Positions 51,412 through 59,716 of a stretch of 59,716 nt of DNA are shown here, piece by piece. How positions within the stretch are numbered: position 1 is the first letter of the stretch; each line of letters opens with the position of its first letter. The notes beneath the pieces were generated by a model. It saw only the letters and a program-made list of their open reading frames with translations. It had not been told where the DNA came from and searched no databases. The stretch is taken from contig NW_018406583.1 in the NCBI RefSeq assembly GCF_002113885.1, positions 11,103-70,818 of the forward strand, written 5' to 3'. Position numbers and translations under genes: made by a program. The stretch is from Mizuhopecten yessoensis (lineage: Eukaryota).

Positions 51412-54400
51412 ATGAAGATGAACATAACTTCAGCAGGTAAGAATTCAATAAATTATGTCATCAAATAATTCTCAGTCAGAGAAATGATCCTATTCTACGA
51501 CATGTGAAAAAGAAGTTGAACAAGTCGGGGTTGACCAAGATAAATAAACGAACAAAAAACTAACTGGATTTGTAATCGACAGTACAGTGTACTCGTTAAA
51601 TTGAAAAATAGACAACCGTTATCGAACATACTCAGAAGTAACGTGATTAAGAGAACTATTTCAACTGTAGCCTTAATTAGATAATCAAACTGATTTTATA
51701 TTTCATGTTGTTCTCTTCTTTTATGTTCCTATCATTGTTCCATTTTCGTTTTGACTTTCTCTGTCTGTCTGGAGACATTACAAAGTTCAATGAAATAAAG
51801 GCAGATCCATCATTATTTTAGTTTTTGTTCAAACAAAAAATTGGATATGCCGAATGACACAAATAAGCTAACTTAAGATGCACATTTGATTCCAATTTGG
51901 TCATGATGACATCACAACACAATAAAATGCCATCATGATGACATCATACAATTATTGGTACTATGAAATGGGTAAACTTCTGGTCATTTTCAAGCAATGC
52001 TGCATCGAAATGTTTTTCATCAATATTTTATTCAATTATTTACATTTTTTTTATTGCTGAACATCATCCTAAAACTATTTTTAGATAAAAACAACCTAGT
52101 GCAAAACAAGCTGGGTAGATCAGGGCCCGTACATTCATGAAACTGTTATCATGGCTCACGCTCAGGCTTGGTTTCTGTGCTCAAACCAACTTTCTCGAAC
52201 TCGCTAAAATCATCTCAAACTACACAGAGTAAAATGTAAACATAAAAAAATGTATTAGGACTATTCAGATTTAAATCTCTTAAGATTATGTCCAAATCAA
52301 TGAGTTTTTTTTATTTATCTGTAACAGGAGATAGAGAAAATGTTAAGGCCATGCTGGGGTTAAAAAACCCGGACTCTCCTAACTCTAGACTGACACTCTC
52401 CCAATTGAGCTATCTGGTCGCTGATGATTAACCCAGTCCAGTTCCGCTACATTCCTCCCTCCTTTTTCTAAGTCTTTGCCCCCGAAGACCCAACTGTTAA
52501 CAACCCAAGTTTGGGTACCCCCTTGCTAAGTGTACTTCCAATGCTTGAAACAAGAGTTACCAATCTCCCTAAAACTCCCTCACTCAAGTCCAAACTCACA
52601 CAAACTCAAAATCTACATCCTGTGGTCAAATGATCTCCTACATGTAGTTACGGCAGGGTGTGTGTGTTATGATCATAACAGGTGTGTCTGAATCAAAAGA
52701 ATGTTTTTTTGAGATAATTTGATACATAAAAAGGGAAAGATAAATTCAACAAAGCAGTTTCAGTCATGTTTCATGCACTTCCTCCCTCATTCCTCAATGT
52801 GAAAATGGGAAGATCTCCCTCATTTGAGGTTTCAGAGCTGTTAACACCTATGATAACTGGAATAAAAAATCAGGCTTAAGTACAAAATCCATGCTTGAGC
52901 ATGGTATACGATTTCATGAATGTGGGTCCAGGATTCATGACGAAACTACCTGACATTTGTAGAATATAAATGTCACATGTTATCATACAGGAACAAATCT
53001 TCATTAACTTTCTGTCAATGGAACTGACAAGAAGATTTTCTGTGCTAGTATGTCGAGCTGTTTATGTTATATTCCGCATGGTTTGTTTGTGTTTCAGCTG
53101 GAGTAATATCCCTGCTGGATGAACCAGAGCCTCAGTTAAAGGTTTGTGTGTTTACAGTGATTCTGACTGGAAATATTCTGTTTTTGTGTGTAAATTTCTT
53201 TTTTTTTTCTTTTTTTTCTTTTCTCTCAAATAAGACAATTTCAGTTAGATTGCACCTGTGTGTACTAATTTGAAACAGCACAATGAATCGAACATGTTTT
53301 AGTTTAACAATATGACAATAATGATGCAATTTTCCATACCCTGAAATAAACACATCTTTTCAGATAACGAAATGACATAATTGACACTAGATGATCATTA
53401 CAAAATTAAATGATTAATAACATATCTACAAATTCAATAAGATATTTTTTGTTGAAAACTGAGACGAGTATGTTGGAAAAATGGAATTCTGAATTATACC
53501 AGGGTTGACCCCCTTTTACCCACCCTACAAACTATACTGGCAAGAACTGTATATTTACATTTATTGTAATATACATGTAATACAATGAAATGAGAGTGAA
53601 CTTTATTAATGATAATGATGAATATATTTTAATACACAGACAACATGACAATTGTTTTAGCTTACTGGTATAAACACCAACCCTCTACATAGACCTGAAG
53701 CCAAACTAATGTCCTGACAAACCAGATAATGTTATGACAGAATTTGAATAACAGATAAGTTTATACTGTAATTCAAAAACACAAGATTCTTATTCATAAC
53801 AGTTTTAAATATAAATCTTATAGGATGCACATGAAGACCTTGATATATGAGTACAATCATTTCCGTGTTACACGATATATATATATACCTTCGATCGCAA
53901 ATATCAGGAAATGTTCTGTTTTCAAACATGTGAGAAGATTTATATCTATAATCAATAAAGTATGTGTTGTTTATGATCTTAAATACTTAATTGTACATTT
54001 TGTTTTTACTTTCATCTACGTATACATGTACAAGATGGACCGATTTGTTAATTTTGTAAATGTTTTTTCAGCTCAAGCATATTTGAAACAAATTCAAATT
54101 GGTATAACATGTGAACAATTAAGTAAATATGTGTCCTGCTCGTAAACTTTTTTATATTCCTACAGCGAATTCCATGAAGTTAATACATATATGTACATAT
54201 TTCGTATTCAAACTTTGGAATGATTTAGTTTAAATAGACTGCTTAATTAATATAGATTAGCATTCAGTAATGTTATATGGTACATGTAAATTGATGTTAT
54301 GGTCACAAAATTGTGAAAAGTCATCAGAGGCTAGGACACTTCTTTGACAGTTTTGAAAAAAACATGTTTCTTCATTTAATTATTATGATATTTTTTGTTT

Positions 54401-57400
54401 CAACAGGTTTTTGCTTTAGAGAAACTCAATAAGATCGTTGATGTCTTTTGGGCAGAGATTTCTGAGGCTGTTGACAAGATGTAAGTATGGTTCTCATGCA
54501 GTTTTCAATCCATGAAAATATAAGGGGCAACTATAATGAGCTAAAAAGTCTTTGCTATGATGTTCATTCGTAATAACAAGAAATAATTATTGTCTAACAT
54601 TAAATTTAACAAATAGACTTAAGATTATGATATGACATACAATGTACCAAGGAAACAATCTGATTTTTGATATTAAGTGATGTTAGTTTCTGACACTACA
54701 TACAGAGTTTTCTTTACAGTCTGTATTATTATATAAAAAAAAAAATTACTACATGTATATGTGTTGTTTTCCAGTGAGATTCTGTATGAAGATATAGGAT
54801 TTAAGAACAAAGAACTGGCAGCACTAGTCGCCTCAAAGGTATGCTATATAAAATAGAAGTAGCCTTCTTGAGTCAGATGTCCGTATCTTCAAGCACTCAC
54901 TACAACATCCTCATTAAATTAGGGAGTGATTTGTCTGTCACTAACAGAACTCCAGTTTAGTGTTTTCCTTTATCTTGCACTGCAGCCGAAGTTGTAGTTG
55001 TTTTGTGTACTCACTACCTTTGATTTATTTTAACTCATTCGCCCCTGAAGACACATTTGAACTCTTCCAAATCAAAGGTTGGAATAGTTCATTATGAAAT
55101 TTCAGGGGTGAATGAGTAAATGGTTTGCAGGTTGGTTAAATATTTTGTGGGATTAAATTTTCTGAATTGTATTCATATATCAAATATAGCAACAATAAAT
55201 AAAAACCCTCTAAAAATCTATATTTGCTGTACTGCAAGTCAAGTTTAAAAATAAAACCTGTGAAATTATGGAAAACATATTTAATAATTACTGAGATATA
55301 GCAACACAGGTATGACTTTTCTGATGAAAAGAAAAATGAAGATACCTGGTACATAACACTTTTGATTGTAAGATTATCCAATCATGTTGATATCAGGGGA
55401 ATATTGCATACACAATCAATTCCAGGAGATGAAAAAAAATCAGAACACACAATCAACAAGGGAGCTAACTTCTCAGTTTCATTACAACAATTTCACTGTC
55501 TGTTGACATTTACACATTATGCAAGTTTGCAATGGAGGGAGTAGTTTCACAATTTATCCTGAAAGAATCAGACAATCTTCATGTATTTTTTTTTTTTTTA
55601 AATGAGGTGCATGTTATATTTTTCAGGTATACTACCATTTGGGAGCTTTTGAGGAATCACTGACTTATGCCCTCGGAGCTGGTGGTCTATTTAATGTCAA
55701 CGACACCACCGAATATGTGGAGACCACAATTGGTATGGCCACCCAAAACACAGCATAACACTGTACCCATCTCTAAATTTAATCTGTATAAAACTGTTCA
55801 GTATCCTAGCCTTATCAGGGACTGATAATAGGTCCCTATTTGATAAATCATTTCTTAAAATAAAAGTATGCCTTGCTGGACTTACATGAAAAATAATAGA
55901 CATTTTTTTATTATTTTTTTATTAATAGTGTTCTAAGTGTAAAAAATCAGTATGGCCTGACCAGGTTTTTGAACTCTGGGCCACTGAATGTTATAATGTC
56001 TCTTTTACCAACTAATTTACCTGGTCGGCGGAAGTGTCCTAGACCAACTTTGCTACAGTTGTTTTGTTGGATGTTTTCATTTATTCGTGTTTTACTTTGT
56101 AGCCAAGTGTATTGACTTCTACACTAAAGGGATGCAGGTGAACACAGACACCCACGGGGCTGACAAAAAGGAGATTGACCCCCGCCTGGAGACCATTGTC
56201 AATAGGATGTTCCAGAGGTGCTTCGATGACAAACAGTACAAACAGGTCAGAGGAACTGATACATGATAGTTGTATTACCTGGTACAGATACTTTATATCC
56301 TACTCTATAAATTAGTCTCGCCAAAACATTTTTTTGGTGAAAGCTTACCTAATGTAATTCACAATTTGAAGTTTAATAAAAAAGAACAATGAATAAACCA
56401 ATTGTTGATTGAAAAGTCTGCTGATTAACAGGAATTTTGAGCTGTAGTGAATGTTTTTATTTGTAACACAGGCTGTTGGAATAGCCCTGGAGACACGCAG
56501 GATCGACATCTTCAGAAGGGCCATCCTGGAAAGTGTAAGTTACATTGGAATGAAGTTCAAGCATTGAGAATGTGAAAGTTCTAAACATTTAAACTTCTCT
56601 GAACTATAAGGATGGATATCATGAAAAATTAATTCTGACTTAATCATTTTTTTACAGGTGTATATGAAGAAAAAATATTATATACACTTGTGAAAAATAA
56701 AAAAAATAATAATAAAAAAGTAAAATATTATGCATAATTAACGTACAATAAATACTGATGGTACTTGTGTAATATGATTCTGTGTGAATTTTTCTCTAGG
56801 ATGATGTGGCAGCAATGTTGTCATACAGCCTTAAAGTGTGCATGTCTCTGATACAACACCGACAGTTCAGGAATGAAATCCTCACAGTGCTCACCAAACT
56901 GTACATGGAGTTAACCACACCAGACTACATCAACGTCTGTCAGGTACTGGCAAAGCAACAAGTAGTCATTTTAGAAAATCATTGTGCATGTGAATGAACC
57001 AAAAAGAAATTGTTCAAGAGACTTGGTTTGTGCAGCTATCACTTCATGAAATTTTAAGAGTTTTATTTTTTCCCAATTTAGTACGGTACTCAAACAATTT
57101 TGATTATCCGAAAGTCAAAGACCAAGTCCCTGTCTTTAGAACACCCACACAAACGCTGTCAGAAAAATGTGTTTCTACCGTCCCTGCACATACTGTATAA
57201 CAGGACATTTTCTGCTGCAGTTTAATTTTCCTGCCTTTATCATTATAAAAAAAGAGGGCAAATTTATCATTAAGGCAAACATTAGTAAACAACATAATAA
57301 ACATAGTGATTAAATGTTAACGGTGAAATTATAATTGGGCGAATATGGATATGGATTTTACTGGCGCGGAAGATTGACTGGGGCGAAAATTCCCCTGTAT

Positions 57401-59219
57401 ACACTTGGCGGATCCAGAGACGTATCTGGGGGTGTTTCCAAAATTTCCAGGGGTGGGTGTCCATGTGGGGAAAAATTGAAGAAAATGGTAAAAATACATG
57501 ATTTAAAAAAAAAAATCTCCGGGTAGAGGGGTTTCTGGAAGCCCCCCAAAAAACTCTGGATCTGCCACTAACATTATACCATAACCTATAGTGTTACTTT
57601 ATATGGTTCTCGTCACTTGCTCTGTTGTCTGAAGTGCAATGTTATAATGAGAACATGTGTATATTTTCAGTGCTACATTTTCTTGGATGATCCCCAGTCA
57701 GTGACAGAGATCTTAGAAAAGTTGATGCAAGGATCTGAGGTAAGTAAAAATCAGCATGAAAACATTCCATATAAAACAAAGTTTAAAGGTCAGAAGATAA
57801 CTGGAGTTGTCCAGTGATTTTATCAGTCAGTCTCAAATACCGCAAAAGTTTGTCATAAATCTGGACACCATGGTTACTGAAATTTATTCTGCAATTACAA
57901 AGTGTTCCCTTTAGAAATGCAACAGTCACTGAGATCCATGTTAAGCATCTAAATATTAAGTAACTGCTAGATTATCTGGAGTCGGGAGGGTCCACTGAAT
58001 ACCAAATCTTCTGTAATCACACCATTCAGAGGTCTACATATATTTGCACCATTCAGTGAAAACATGAAGTATTCCTTTGTATACCATAAGAAAAACACTT
58101 TTGAGTTAATTTGTGATGATTTTTTATAATGTGCTCAAACCATTGAACAGGAATAATAATTTTGTTTGTTCTTTGCGCCAAAAACAAAAAGAAATGGACT
58201 AAAAATGAAAGTGATCAATAGTTTAATAGTATGACCAGAGATTATGAGTGGTCTGTTGGTTTATGCAGCCAGGCAAGCAGGTTTGTCAACTTTTAAACGT
58301 TAAGTTTTCATGAAAAGGGATTGGCAGACAAACAAAAATGTGTATCTAACACTGCTTCTAAACATTTAAACTTAATTGTTTTACAACAAGTATGAAGCAA
58401 GTTATTTCAACTTATATTAATCACTCTTGTTGGTCCGGATGTTAGCAGACAGGGGATCTTAATATGGGAGAACCAGAGTACCCCGAGAAAACCCATGTTG
58501 TAAGGCAGTTGACTCCATTCCTTTTTCATGTCCGATGATCGGGGAATCGAATCCCGGCCGCCTTGGTGAACTGCAAGTGCGCTATACACTGCACCACCCG
58601 ACCTCTCTACTACTATAAACTATCAAACAATAACTTATCAGAGTGTTTTTGTATCGTCCAGAATGACATCCTGATGGCATACCAGATCGCCTTCGACTTG
58701 TACGACAGTGCCACTCAGCAGTTCCTCCTGCGTGTGGGCAATGGACTCCGCACCTCAGGTCAGGTAACGGGAACAGAGAAAGGGCGGATTATTGCCACCG
58801 TGACAGAGGGCAAGGAGGAGGAAAAAGATGGAGAGTCTGGGTAAATTCTTAATTATGAATATATATTTTTTTAGAAAATATTGAAGCCAATTTTGTCTTT
58901 AAAATATTTTTGCAGTGTTTATAAGTACATTTAATTCTTTGTCTTAAAACGTGTAATGATATAAAACGTGTAGGGAAAACAGTTTCACTTTGTTGAATTA
59001 ATAATCATTCAAATTTAGTAGGAAAATTTGATATTTAAAAATCTATAGAAACACTTTTTATAATGATTTGTTTATTCAAATAGTTTAGTAATGATTGATA
59101 TCGTTTAAAAGGAACCAAAATGTATATGTTACTCATGAATACTTGACCGTGTTTTGTTGTTCAATTTGTTGTGGTCTTTATTTTACAGAGAGATACAGCT
59201 AGGCAAGGTGGAACCAGAG
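51412..59219 (+). CDS. PSMD1: 26S proteasome non-ATPase regulatory subunit 1 (Rpn2), 5' partial; continues beyond the window
   Basis: Exons 51412-51436, 53098-53141, 54407-54480, 54775-54838, 55627-55732, 56103-56245, 56472-56534, 56800-56943, 57671-57739, 58662-58840 and probably 59189-59219. Translation [31 protein letters not shown]...[18 protein letters not shown]...[26 protein letters not shown]...[15 protein letters not shown]...[16 protein letters not shown]...[19 protein letters not shown] matches the Rpn2 N-terminus. Confidence 0.97.
52320..52469 (-). mobile_element. Short LTR (TG...CA, 132 bp) containing a tRNA-like sequence, preceded by a polypurine tract
   Basis: Minus strand: AGAAAAAGGAGGGAGGAA|TGTAGCGGAACTGGACTGGG...GACCAGATAGCTCAATTGGGAGAGTG...TCCTGTTACA. 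Related copies at about 21170-21250, 23170-23231, 26960-27030, 48499-48548, 50620-50710 and 55938-56057. Confidence 0.65.
55030..55118. mobile_element. ~90-bp piggyBac-like MITE, family A
   Basis: Inverted copy of 12394-12481. Confidence 0.7.
57405..57569. mobile_element. hAT-like MITE (TGGCGGATCCAGAG...CTCTGGATCTGCCA)
   Basis: 14-bp terminal inverted repeats with one mismatch and a G/C-run interior. Confidence 0.65.
58404..58601 (-). mobile_element. tRNA-derived V-type SINE (family 2)
   Basis: Homologous to 45034-45225. Confidence 0.8.
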
Positions 59220-59540
59220 GTTAGTGTTACATTGGTCAAAGCAAGTAGACACAGGCCCTGACTGTGTGTATAGTCAAACTTCGATGTTTCAAACTTTGTG
59301 GGACCATCTGGAAAAAAACTAAAAATCGAGACTTTGACTCATAAAAGTTAAAACTTTGAACATGTAATTGTAAAGTGATAGAACACAAGGCAAGAAATTT
59401 AATTTAAAATCTATAAATATTGGATTTAATGAAATCAGAAAAAATATGTTTCATGTATTAATACATTGTAGTTTGCTTGTTTTGGTGTTTAAATGACCAA
59501 AGGACATTTCAAATTTTTACTTTGATTTATAAGTTGCAAT

Positions 59541-59716
59541 TTTTAGGTCACCCGAGACAAAGTCTCAAGTGACCTATTGCGATCGCCTTTTGTCCGTCGT
59601 CGTCCGTCGTGCGTCCGTAAACAATTTACATTTTCGACTTCTTCTCCAAAACCCCTGAACCAATTTCAATGAAATTTTGCAGGGACCTTCCATGGACAAA
59701 GGTCAACAAAAATAGT
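59541..59716 (+). mobile_element. 5' end of a HINE/pearl-like Helentron non-autonomous element
   Basis: TTTTAGGTCAC...GTGACCTA hairpin, GTCC/GTC microsatellite, then TTCTTCTCCAAAACC...CCAATTTCAATGAAATTT, typical of the oyster satellite-bearing core. Truncated by the window end. Confidence 0.75.

Noticed and set aside
50712-53867. Lone P-like end CACGGACTTATAGATAACA at 50712 pairing with TTCCGTG|TTACAC at 53861
   Set aside because: Such an element would enclose the PSMD1 promoter and exons 1-2, which are collinear with the rest of an essential gene. The right-hand match is short and imperfect, so coincidence is more likely.

Overview
AT-rich eukaryotic (metazoan) genomic DNA with GT-AG introns. 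The repeat content (HINE/pearl-type elements with satellite cores, V-type SINEs) and tandem C1q-domain genes point to a bivalve mollusc, most likely an oyster; this is inference. Five spliced protein-coding genes were reconstructed by hand. (1) A complete PPOX (minus, 11 coding exons, 489 aa). (2) A 343-aa protein with an N-terminal hydrophobic anchor, two divergent Ig-like domains and a C-terminal chitin-binding type-2 (CBM14) domain (minus). (3, 4) Two tandem secreted coiled-coil/C1q-domain paralogues (minus). (5) The 5' part of PSMD1/Rpn2 (plus, running off the window end). The rest is a Sola-like transposase remnant, four minisatellites, a 1.1-kb tandem duplication, SINEs, tRNA-containing mini-LTRs and many MITEs. 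Two observations stand out. One is the VCBP-like Ig-Ig-CBM14 gene next to the C1qDC pair, a candidate chitin-sensing immune locus. The other is four 22-36 bp CA(C/T)GGA...TCCGTG elements, each flanked by a 7-bp target-site duplication, that look like P-superfamily excision footprints. Exon coordinates were read by eye and may be off by a few bases.
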